A stretch of DNA of 58,650 nt from Anaerolineae bacterium (GTDB lineage: Bacteria; Chloroflexota; Anaerolineae; UBA1429): the NCBI GenBank assembly GCA_007132185.1, contig SLPC01000188.1, forward strand, positions 1-58,650, written 5' to 3'. The notes below the pieces were generated by a model. The model did no database searches and was not told where the DNA came from. It saw nothing but the letters and a program-made list of their open reading frames with translations. Position 1 is the stretch's first letter. Every line of letters begins with the position of its first letter. Below, one piece after another: positions 37,201 to 45,368 of this stretch. The position numbers were made by a program, and so were the translations under genes.

Positions 37201-40200
37201 CGGGCTCATGCTGCTCTCTACGGTGAGCGCACACCAGATGGGCTACATCGGCCCTGATGAGCTGATAAACCGGGTGCGCTCGTGCTTCGAGTCAATGAAC
37301 CAGTTGGAGCGCTACCGGGGCCATTGGCTGAACTGGTATGACACGCACTCATTAGAGCCCCTCGAGCCCAGGTATGTCTCTGCGGTCGATAGCGGCAACC
37401 TGGCTGGCAATCTGATTGCGTTGCGTCATGCGCTATTGCATTTGCCCGAGCAGAACGTCTTTCGGTGGGGGACGTGGCGGGGCATTGGGGATGTGTTAGG
37501 GATATTGGTCGAGATCGTGAGTGATGTCCAAGACCCGGACGCCAAGGGACTGATCAACAGGCTTCAACACTATGTGGATGAGGTCTATGCCCGCGTTGAT
37601 GAGGTGCGTGAGGCGCCTGGGCGTTGGCCGCTGCTTTTTGATCGGCTTCGCAGTGAGTATTGGCCGCGGCTCGACACGATCATCGTCGAGTTGGTGGACG
37701 AGCATAGCGATTCGATGACGACGGAGCACCTCGAGACCCTCTACATCTGGTTCCAGCGTATGCATGGGCAGCTGAACAACCTGCAGGACGAACTCCAGTC
37801 ATTGATGCCGTGGATCTGGGAGCTACGAGAGCCACCCAAGGTGATAGCGGGCGATATGCCCGAGCGAGTGGCCGCTGCCTGGCGTGACCTGAGACGAACG
37901 CTGCCGCACCGCACCCCGCTGGGGCAGATCCCCGAGACCTGTCAGCTCGGGCAGGAAGCATTGAGCTGCCTCGATGATGCGATCCAGGCGCACTATGATG
38001 CTCAGGACGGCGGCGACCCGGCGCGCCAGTGGGTCCAGCGGTTGTCAGGACAGCTGGATACGGCACGCGACCGAGCCAGATGGCTCATCAACCGTAGCCA
38101 GGATCTGGCTGAAGCCTGCGATACCTATGTGCAAGAGATGGAGTTTGGCTTTCTCTTTGATGCACATCGGCAGGTATTCTACATTGGGTACAATGTCAGC
38201 GCCGCGCGTCGCGACTCCAATCACTATGACATGATGGCGTCAGAGGCGCGTCTCGCCAGCCTGGTGGCCATTGCCAAAGGCGATGTGCCCGCAAGCCACT
38301 GGATGCATCTGGAGCGGCCCCTGGTCGAGACGAGCGGAGGTCGCCAGGCGCTGATCTCCTGGAACGGCTCCATGTTCGAGTATCTTATGCCCGAGCTGGT
38401 CACGCGGAGCTATCCAGGAACTCTGCTACACGAGTCGAACCGTGCAGCCGTGTATCGCCAGATACAGTACGGCCGCAGCAAAGGTGTGCCTTGGGGGATA
38501 TCCGAGTCGGGCTACTATCACTTTGATGCACACCAGCATTATCAGTATCGCGGTTTTGGCGTGCCGGGGCTTGGGCGCAAGCGTGGCCTGGGCGACGACC
38601 TTGTGATCGCACCTTATGCCACGATGCTGGCCCTGCCTGTAGCGCCTCTGGCGGTACTGCGCAACATCCATGCGCTGATCGAAGAAGGAATGTTGGGGGC
38701 CTATGGGTTCTATGAGGCCATCGACTATACTCCAGGGCATGTGCCCGCTGGACAGACAAGCGCGATTGTCAAGTCCTTTATGGTGCATCACCATGGTATG
38801 ACCCTGGTATCGCTATGCAACTATCTCCAGCGGGACTATCACGTAGAGAGTCTACACGCCGATCCGCGCATCAACAGTGTCGAGATCCTGCTGCAAGAGG
38901 GCATGTCCGATACGGCGCCGATAGAGGCAGCACTGGCGGAACCTCTGACGGGCGTTCAGCCCGTGGCCACGAGACCTCCTGCCGATGGTTGGCATCTGCC
39001 CGTCCACTCGCCCGTGCCACATGTACACTCGCTATCCAACGGCGAGTATACCGTGATCATCAACAATTCCGGTGGCGGCTATAGCAGGTGGCGCGATTTC
39101 CGTCTAACCCGCTGGTCGCCTGACGTCTCGCTGGATCAGCAAGGCTCTTTTCTCTACCTGCGCGATCTTGACTCGGGCGACCTCTGGTCGGCTACCTACC
39201 AGCCAACGACCGATGGTACACAGAATCAAGAGGCACAGTTTGACCCACACAAGGCCGAGTTCGTCCGTGTCCACGATGGCATCCGGTCGCAGATGGAGGT
39301 ATCTGTGTTGCCTGACCAGGACACGGAGGTGCGGCTGGTAACACTGGCTAATCTGACTAACCAGCCGCGCCGCATCCTGCTGAGCAGCTACGGCGAATTG
39401 GTGTTGAATGATGCTGTTGATGATGAGCGCCATCCGGCTTTTAGCAAGCTGTTCATACAGTCCGAGTATCTGTTTGCAGTGGGTGGACAGCTATTCTGGC
39501 GGCGTCTGCGGGCCTCATCGGAAGATCCGATTTACTTGCTGCACTACCTGCTGCTCGAGTCGGAGGAGGAGCGAGATCGGCTGCATGAGGCCGATCGGGC
39601 CGTGTTCGTGGGACGTGGTCGCGATCTCCGGCGTCCCGCTGCCATCCTCCGAGGAGCAAGTGGGTTCGAAGGGAACGCTGGCGCCACGCTGGATCCGATC
39701 ATGGCGTTGGGTCAGGTGATCGAGCTCGATCCTCATACATCAACGCGTCTCTGTTGGGTGACTACAGCGGCGCCCACGCGGCAAGAGGTCTTGAATATAG
39801 CTTCAGAGCTGAGTGATCTGCCGACTGTAGAGCGCGCTATGGAAAACGCCTATGAGCAGAATCGGATCGAACTGGCGAGCCTGGCCGTGCAGGGGCCCGA
39901 GTTGGCGGAGATTCAGGCTGTCCTGTCGCTGCTCATGTATCCGCATCGGGTAGGGCGAGCCGATGAAGATATGCTCGCGAGGAACGAAAAAGGACAGTCC
40001 AACCTGTGGCCCTATGCCATCTCGGGAGATCATCCGATCGCTCTGGTGCGGGTCGAGGGCGAAGACGACCTGGCGCTGGTCAGGCGCATGCTGGTAGCGC
40101 ACGAGTATTGGCGTCGCAAGGGCCTGCTGATCGACCTGGTGATCCTCAATGAGCGTGGCACCAGCTATGCCCAAGAGTCGCAGAGCCTCATCATGCGTCT

Positions 40201-42883
40201 GGTGGCTTCACGTCATAGTCGGGCTTGGGTGAACCGGCGTGGAGGCATCTTTATATTGCGCGCCGATCAGATGGCAGACGCTGATCGCACACTACTGTTT
40301 TCGGCGGCCCGGGTGATCCTGGCGGGGCAAGAGAATGCCCTGCGTGACATCCGCGCAGAGCTGAACCGGTGGTCTTCGCGGTTGCCCGTGTTCGAGCCGC
40401 GCGCCGCCAGCGTGGCGGTGGCTGCCAGTAACGAGCCGGTATCGGCACCTGACGAGCTGCTGTTTGACAATGGCCTGGGAGGATTCACGCCAGACGGCCG
40501 AGAGTATGTGGTGCGGGTCAAACCTGGCGACACAGCGCCCGCACCGTGGAGCAATGTGGTCGCGAACCCGCAGGCGGGATTCCTGATCACCGAGATGGGT
40601 GGTGGATTCACATGGTATGGAAATAGCGGCGAAAACCGTCTGACATCCTGGCGCAACGACCCTGTCAGCGACACACCTGCGGAGGCTCTCTATCTGCGGG
40701 ATGAGCAGACGGGGCAGGTATGGTCACCTACCCCGTTACCGGCAGGCGTAGATACAGCGTTCGTTGTTCGACACGGTGCGGGCTATACGATCTTTGAGCA
40801 CAATAGCTATGAGCTATCCCATGAACTGACGCTCTACGTGGCGCCCCATGCGCCTGTAAAGATCGTCCGACTGAAACTCTATAATAGGGGTACCGAGCCG
40901 CGTCAGTTATCGGCTACCTACTATGCCGAATGGGTTCTGGGAACCGTTCGCAGTATAACCCAGCAGTATATACTTCCGGAGTATGACGGGAATACCGAGA
41001 GCTTGCTGGCTCGCAATCCCTATAACCCCGAGTATCCAAAGGCATATGCCTTCCTGTCTGCGAGCCGGTCTCCCCATTCCGTTACCTCGGACCGGGTCGA
41101 GTTTGTGGGGCGAAACGGCTCTCTACGACACCCGGCCGGTCTCGGACGCAGCAGTTTGCAGTCCGCTGTTCGCCCAGGGGACGATCCATGTGCCGCGATC
41201 CAGGTGCTCATGGATCTCAACCCTGGCGAGTCCGACGAGATCGTCTTTTTGCTGGGGCAGGCCGAGGATCGTGATGCAGCTCTGGAGACGCTGCAAGAGT
41301 ACCGATCCATCGAGGCCTGTGATCAGGCCTGGGAGGACCTGAGCGCCCTGTGGGATGACATCTTGGGCGCCGTGAGTGTACAAACGCCCGAGCCTTCGAT
41401 GGATCTCCTCTTGAACCGCTGGCTGATGTACCAGTCGCTTTCGTCGCGCATCTGGGGGCGCTCCGGGCTGTATCAGTCCAGCGGGGCCTATGGCTTTCGC
41501 GACCAGTTGCAAGATGTGATGTCGTTGATGCATACGCGCCCGGATCTGGCCCGCGACCAGATTCTGCGCGCCGCCCGTCATCAGTTCGAAGAGGGCGACG
41601 TGCTGCATTGGTGGCATCCGCCGTCAGGACGGGGCATACGTACCCGCATCTCGGACAACCTCTTGTGGCTACCTCTGGTAACCACCCACTATATAGAGAT
41701 CTCGGGTGATATGGACATCCTCGATGAGGAAATGCCTTTCTTGAAGGGCGATCCATTGCAGGACGACGAGGAAGATCGCTATGGGCAGTACGAGTCCACC
41801 GAGGAGGTTTACTCGCTCTTTGAGCACTGTCGCCGGGCGGTGGAGCGCGGGGCAACCAAGGGTGAGCACGGTCTGCCGCTCATGGGCGGTGGTGACTGGA
41901 ATGACGGCATGAACCGGGTCGGCATTCGTGGCGAAGGGGAAAGCGTCTGGATGGGATGGTTCCTGTATACTATCCTGCGCCGCTTTTCCAGGCTGTGTGA
42001 CCAGCGCCAAGAGCAAGAGCTGTGCAAGGACTATACCGAGCGGGCCGATCAGCTCTTGGATGCGATAGAGCAAGCCGGCTGGGACGGCGCCTGGTATCGC
42101 CGGGCGTACTATGACGATGGAACGCCCCTGGGCTCGCAGGAAAATAAAGAGTGTCAGATCGATTCCCTCTCTCAATCCTGGGCGGTGCTGAGCCGAATGT
42201 TTGCCGGCGAGAATCTGCCGGAGGACAACGAGCGCATCTATCAGGCCATGGAGGCTGTCGATGAGCGGCTCGTACGAGAGCAGGATCGCCTGGTGCTGCT
42301 GTTTACGCCGCCCTTTGACAAGACGCCTCACGACCCCGGCTATATCAAGGGGTATCTGCCAGGAATTCGCGAGAATGGCGGCCAGTACACCCATGCTGCG
42401 CTATGGACCATCTGGGCGATGGCCGAACTGGGTGAGGGGGGGCGTGCCGAGGCGCTCTATCGGATGATCAACCCGATCCTCCGGATGGATGCTCCTGAAA
42501 GGCTAGACGTTTACCAGGTGGAGCCCTATGTGATCTCGGCCGATGTCTATGGGGTTCCGCCCCACGTGGGCCGAGGTGGGTGGACCTGGTACACGGGCTC
42601 TGCCTCCTGGATGTATCGGCTCGGCCTGGAGGGTCTGCTTGGGCTAAAACGCGAGGGCAACCGCCTCTGGTTTACACCGCATCTGCCTGACGAGTGGGAC
42701 ACGTACCAGATCGTCTATCGATATGGTGACGCCACCTACCGCATCGCTGTCACGCTGGGGACGGATGAGGCTGGCATCACGCTCGATGGGCAAGCGCTGG
42801 ATCATGGCTACATCCCGCTGGAGGACGACGGCCAGGAACACGACGTCCAGGTGCATGTCATGCGTGATGCGAGGAAGCACTAG
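34298..42883 (+). CDS. ndvB: Cyclic beta-1,2-glucan synthase (Cgs/NdvB/ChvB: GT84 + cyclisation domain + GH94 phosphorylase)
   Basis: 2861 aa. GT motifs WERKRGKL, TLDADT, GKGIY, SHDLFE, RLHRWVRGDWQ, then TM helices. Middle domain TSPTNIG, VDSGN, ASEARL, GSMFEYLMP, WGISES. GH94 motifs GAYGFRDQLQD, DWNDGMN, RENGGQYTH, WYTGSA. Confidence 0.92.
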   Translation: MESTTIERVGQLEADEALDSLRVRALELAASHTIATERVRGPSPVDRLESLMSLLRQAYKYFVQIAEEDGVITTAAEWLLDNLYVIEQAGRIVSKDMPPGYYRRLPKLADSGLEGVPRIYDIARDVIRLSDGQVDLHRLTRFTHAYQELHPLTLGELWALPLMLRVVEIELLASAIRDSLADRLDEDLAPIDAVEIRGAPSTDVLVGRAVRGLRTLGTHDWETFVDEVSLVENILHQDPVGAYRLMEEDDRNRYRQSIEDLAWRSLESEVSIAGRVIDLAETAQEEQRPERECHVGYYLVDRGLDTTRAQIGYRATTQEKLRDWILDHAAGVYLSAIGLLTVLVMAGFVWYGAANGALTIQLIAIVIFALVPASIAAVSLVNIVVTHVIPPRVPPKLALREGIAPGMRTLVVIPCLLTDPDEVDSLVAQLERHYLSNLDPELGFALLSDLRDAAQKHLAGDDALVDRAVEGIRGLNRKYAENRPFYLFHREREWNPSEGVWMGWERKRGKLEQLNAWILGYINNPFSVCLGDVNFAQQTRYVITLDADTILPPGGAARLVGAMAHPLNRAVFDPDTGRVEAGYTILQPRTDLQFSSALASRFARIYGGDVGLDLYTRAVSDVYQDLFGEAIYVGKGIYAVEGFHRSLDGRVPENSLLSHDLFESLHGRAGLVSDIVVYEDYPPTYLAYTQRLHRWVRGDWQLLPWLGGRVPTASGERVPTRLSLLDRWKILDNLRRSTQQLALLIFLAAGWLILPGSPIAWTVWTLVISALPLLAGVLTSLMSRIRAPEITASTEILRTEAARWLLSLVFLPYEALILADAAITTINRVYISKRKLLQWTTAAHTARLLGRERHMSLVWERMSGGTILGLALFALTLALNPAALVVAIPLTLAWIVAPQVAAWISRPPTREEEETLTREEAALLRRLARRHWRFFEDFIGPEDHWLPPDHFQEEPLGQVAHRTSPTNIGLMLLSTVSAHQMGYIGPDELINRVRSCFESMNQLERYRGHWLNWYDTHSLEPLEPRYVSAVDSGNLAGNLIALRHALLHLPEQNVFRWGTWRGIGDVLGILVEIVSDVQDPDAKGLINRLQHYVDEVYARVDEVREAPGRWPLLFDRLRSEYWPRLDTIIVELVDEHSDSMTTEHLETLYIWFQRMHGQLNNLQDELQSLMPWIWELREPPKVIAGDMPERVAAAWRDLRRTLPHRTPLGQIPETCQLGQEALSCLDDAIQAHYDAQDGGDPARQWVQRLSGQLDTARDRARWLINRSQDLAEACDTYVQEMEFGFLFDAHRQVFYIGYNVSAARRDSNHYDMMASEARLASLVAIAKGDVPASHWMHLERPLVETSGGRQALISWNGSMFEYLMPELVTRSYPGTLLHESNRAAVYRQIQYGRSKGVPWGISESGYYHFDAHQHYQYRGFGVPGLGRKRGLGDDLVIAPYATMLALPVAPLAVLRNIHALIEEGMLGAYGFYEAIDYTPGHVPAGQTSAIVKSFMVHHHGMTLVSLCNYLQRDYHVESLHADPRINSVEILLQEGMSDTAPIEAALAEPLTGVQPVATRPPADGWHLPVHSPVPHVHSLSNGEYTVIINNSGGGYSRWRDFRLTRWSPDVSLDQQGSFLYLRDLDSGDLWSATYQPTTDGTQNQEAQFDPHKAEFVRVHDGIRSQMEVSVLPDQDTEVRLVTLANLTNQPRRILLSSYGELVLNDAVDDERHPAFSKLFIQSEYLFAVGGQLFWRRLRASSEDPIYLLHYLLLESEEERDRLHEADRAVFVGRGRDLRRPAAILRGASGFEGNAGATLDPIMALGQVIELDPHTSTRLCWVTTAAPTRQEVLNIASELSDLPTVERAMENAYEQNRIELASLAVQGPELAEIQAVLSLLMYPHRVGRADEDMLARNEKGQSNLWPYAISGDHPIALVRVEGEDDLALVRRMLVAHEYWRRKGLLIDLVILNERGTSYAQESQSLIMRLVASRHSRAWVNRRGGIFILRADQMADADRTLLFSAARVILAGQENALRDIRAELNRWSSRLPVFEPRAASVAVAASNEPVSAPDELLFDNGLGGFTPDGREYVVRVKPGDTAPAPWSNVVANPQAGFLITEMGGGFTWYGNSGENRLTSWRNDPVSDTPAEALYLRDEQTGQVWSPTPLPAGVDTAFVVRHGAGYTIFEHNSYELSHELTLYVAPHAPVKIVRLKLYNRGTEPRQLSATYYAEWVLGTVRSITQQYILPEYDGNTESLLARNPYNPEYPKAYAFLSASRSPHSVTSDRVEFVGRNGSLRHPAGLGRSSLQSAVRPGDDPCAAIQVLMDLNPGESDEIVFLLGQAEDRDAALETLQEYRSIEACDQAWEDLSALWDDILGAVSVQTPEPSMDLLLNRWLMYQSLSSRIWGRSGLYQSSGAYGFRDQLQDVMSLMHTRPDLARDQILRAARHQFEEGDVLHWWHPPSGRGIRTRISDNLLWLPLVTTHYIEISGDMDILDEEMPFLKGDPLQDDEEDRYGQYESTEEVYSLFEHCRRAVERGATKGEHGLPLMGGGDWNDGMNRVGIRGEGESVWMGWFLYTILRRFSRLCDQRQEQELCKDYTERADQLLDAIEQAGWDGAWYRRAYYDDGTPLGSQENKECQIDSLSQSWAVLSRMFAGENLPEDNERIYQAMEAVDERLVREQDRLVLLFTPPFDKTPHDPGYIKGYLPGIRENGGQYTHAALWTIWAMAELGEGGRAEALYRMINPILRMDAPERLDVYQVEPYVISADVYGVPPHVGRGGWTWYTGSASWMYRLGLEGLLGLKREGNRLWFTPHLPDEWDTYQIVYRYGDATYRIAVTLGTDEAGITLDGQALDHGYIPLEDDGQEHDVQVHVMRDARKH

Positions 42884-42933
42884 CGACAAGCGCGCCGGAT
42901 GCAGCATCCGCTCAGGCCGCCGCCCGGGGAGTC

Positions 42934-43833
42934 GTGGCACGTCTGGGAGCCCCTATACGGGCACCCGTACAGGTCCTTTATGCCGAGCCCAAAAGGCCGC
43001 TGGCCGAAGCGCTGTTGGCCGAGTTGGCAGTGCAACGGGTTCAAGCGGAGCTAATCCTGCTGAGCGATGCGCCCGATACCGATACGTCATCGCCCACAGG
43101 CGCCCCAGCCGTGCGCAGCGCCGCCGCTTGCGGGAGCTTGGTAATCCTGGCAGAGCCGCCCCAGGCCCCCTGGCTTTTCGAGACCGTAGGCCGTCCCGAC
43201 AGAGGTCTGCAGGTGGCCTTGGATCATCTCTACTGCGACTGGCTCTTGCCGTATGACAGCCTCATCCGCACGTTATCGGTGGATTATGCGTGTGTGCATG
43301 CCTGGCGCGAGCGTCTTCTCGATCTGCTGCAGGGCACATCACAGCTATGCATACAGACTGGCCCCAACGCGGAGCTGACGCTGGTTCCCCGGGCGTGGAT
43401 CGCCGAGGATGGCGAGATATGTGCGGCACCCAATAAAGAGAGCATCCACGGGACGCTTGTGGTGGATGGCGCCGTGTATGATCGCCTGCCTTGGCCCCCG
43501 ATCGAGCTGCATCTCGTTGCAGGGCGTGTCGTCGATCCTGATGCCCTGAAACGGGATGACGCATGTCTACGTATGCTGTATACCGACCTCACGCGCGATG
43601 AGAATGCGGCGCAGATGGCAGAGTTTGGGCTTGGGATCAATCCCGGGGCCTGTCCACGGGCACATGTCATGGAGACAGAGATGGCCCCGGGCACCTGCTA
43701 TGTAGGGTTTGGACACAATCTGGCCTATGGCGGTTCTAGCGCCAGCATGGTGCACACGGACCCGGGCATGCTGCGACCCACCAGCATGGTCGACGGACGC
43801 ATGATCTGTCACCGCGGGCGGTATTTGCTCTGA
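42934..43833 (+). CDS. M29-type (thermophilic metalloprotease) aminopeptidase-like protein, degenerate and possibly a pseudogene
   Basis: DGEICAAP, GTLVVDG, AEFGLGINP, GFGHNLAYGG..S.VHTD resemble this family, but the EK and H ligands appear substituted. The start context is poor. Confidence 0.55.
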   Translation: MARLGAPIRAPVQVLYAEPKRPLAEALLAELAVQRVQAELILLSDAPDTDTSSPTGAPAVRSAAACGSLVILAEPPQAPWLFETVGRPDRGLQVALDHLYCDWLLPYDSLIRTLSVDYACVHAWRERLLDLLQGTSQLCIQTGPNAELTLVPRAWIAEDGEICAAPNKESIHGTLVVDGAVYDRLPWPPIELHLVAGRVVDPDALKRDDACLRMLYTDLTRDENAAQMAEFGLGINPGACPRAHVMETEMAPGTCYVGFGHNLAYGGSSASMVHTDPGMLRPTSMVDGRMICHRGRYLL

Positions 43834-43899
43834 TCGGCGCCTGTATGCGTGGCACGGACCGCCACATTCTGAGGCCAATCCGGTTGCCGTGCGCTCTTC

Positions 43900-43908
43900 T
43901 GCTATAAT
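43900..43908 (+). promoter_or_regulatory. Extended -10 promoter for the htrA-like gene
   Basis: TGCTATAAT about 95 nt upstream of the start. Confidence 0.55.
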
Positions 43909-44002
43909 GTATACAGGAACTGATATGCAAGAGTACATCCTGCGATGGCAGCAGTCGGTCAGAATTGGCTGATGCGGCCATAAGGAATGAGAGGAGCGAG
44001 TA

Positions 44003-45235
44003 ATGAACAAGTGGATTATCGGAGGCTTGATTGGCTGCGCCCTTGTCCTGCTACTGGTGGTTGTGATCTTGGGTATAGGGGTGGCCTTTTTCTGGCCGAC
44101 CCCAACGATTGTTGAGGAGACCCAGGTCGTACCTCCCAGGGAGGAACGAGTGCCGGAGGAGGCGCGACCAGGGCCAGAGGTACTGGAGCCGACGCTGCCT
44201 GCCACACCCGCTGACCCACCGGTGCGGGCTTTGGCTGCGTCACAGCTGGAGGATGGCCTTGTAGAACTCTTTCGTGAGCTCGAGCCAGGCGTGGTCTCCA
44301 TACAGACGTATATTCAGCGTGGTGGCGTGGTGGGAACCGGCAGCGGTTCTGGCTTTATCATCGATGACGAGGGGCATATTGTCACCAATGAGCACGTTGT
44401 GACAGATGCCACCCGCGTCATTGTGGTCTTTTTCGATGGGTTTGCGGCGGATGCGACGGTGCTCGGAACCGATGTGGATAGCGACCTGGCCGTGATCAGG
44501 GTGGAGAATCTGCCAGACAATGTGCATTCGTTGCCCCTTGGTGACTCGGATGACGTGGTGCCGGGAGAGTGGGTGGTAGCGATTGGCAACCCGTTTGGAC
44601 TGCAGAACACGATCACCTTTGGTATTGTGAGCGCTGTTGGGCGCATGATCCCTGCTCGTGTAGGTGCCTTTTCGATCCCGCAGGCGATCCAGACCGATGC
44701 CGCCATCAATCCGGGCAGCTCGGGTGGGCCTCTGCTCAACCTGGCCGGACAAGTGATCGGCGTCAATGCCCAGATACTCACGGGAGGTGCCGCCCCGGCC
44801 AATGTCGGTGTGGGCTTTGCATTGCCCTCGAACACTGTGCGGATAGTGGCCCCCGTACTGATGGAGGGCGAGACGTATCCCTGGCCCTGGCTGGGTATTA
44901 GCGGCACTTCGGTGAACCTGCTCATTGCGGAGGGTAACGACCTTCCGGTGCAGTATGGCGCCTATATCTCTGAGGTTGCACCGGGAGGCCCCGCCGAAGC
45001 GGCCGGCCTGCGCGGCAGCAGAACGACGACCCAAGTGGACGGCATTACGGTTCCCGTGGGTGGTGATGTGATCATCGAGGCTAATGGCCAACAGGTGACA
45101 GATTTCGCGGGCTTGCTGGAGCAAGTCGCCTTTTCCGAGCCAGACCGGGAGATCGATCTGGTGATCCTGCGCGATGGCGAAGAGATGGAGGTTACGGTGA
45201 CGCTCGAGCCGCGCCCGGTTCCGGAAGGTTTCTGA
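44003..45235 (+). CDS. Membrane-anchored HtrA/DegP-like serine protease with a PDZ domain
   Basis: N-terminal TM, GSGFII, TNEHV, SDLAVI, IQTDAAINPGSSGGPL, and a C-terminal PDZ (GGDVII). Confidence 0.93.
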   Translation: MNKWIIGGLIGCALVLLLVVVILGIGVAFFWPTPTIVEETQVVPPREERVPEEARPGPEVLEPTLPATPADPPVRALAASQLEDGLVELFRELEPGVVSIQTYIQRGGVVGTGSGSGFIIDDEGHIVTNEHVVTDATRVIVVFFDGFAADATVLGTDVDSDLAVIRVENLPDNVHSLPLGDSDDVVPGEWVVAIGNPFGLQNTITFGIVSAVGRMIPARVGAFSIPQAIQTDAAINPGSSGGPLLNLAGQVIGVNAQILTGGAAPANVGVGFALPSNTVRIVAPVLMEGETYPWPWLGISGTSVNLLIAEGNDLPVQYGAYISEVAPGGPAEAAGLRGSRTTTQVDGITVPVGGDVIIEANGQQVTDFAGLLEQVAFSEPDREIDLVILRDGEEMEVTVTLEPRPVPEGF

Positions 45236-45271
45236 TCTCGCGACTCGTAGACAGACCGTACAATGACAGAT

Positions 45272-45309
45272 AAAAGGCGGGCGATTGCTGTATTGGCAGT
45301 CGCCCGCCT
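45272..45309 (-). terminator. Terminator between convergent genes (U tract on the minus strand)
   Basis: AGGCGGGCGATTGC-7 nt-GCAGTCGCCCGCCT preceded by an A run on the plus strand. Confidence 0.75.
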
Positions 45310-45368
45310 GTGGTATAGCGCATCCAGGACGTCACGATGCGGTGGCCATGATGCCACCTGAACCCTGC

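Noticed and set aside
44700-44730. HtrA active site reads GSSGG rather than GNSGG
   Set aside because: The catalytic Ser, His and Asp are intact, and this is a common variant.
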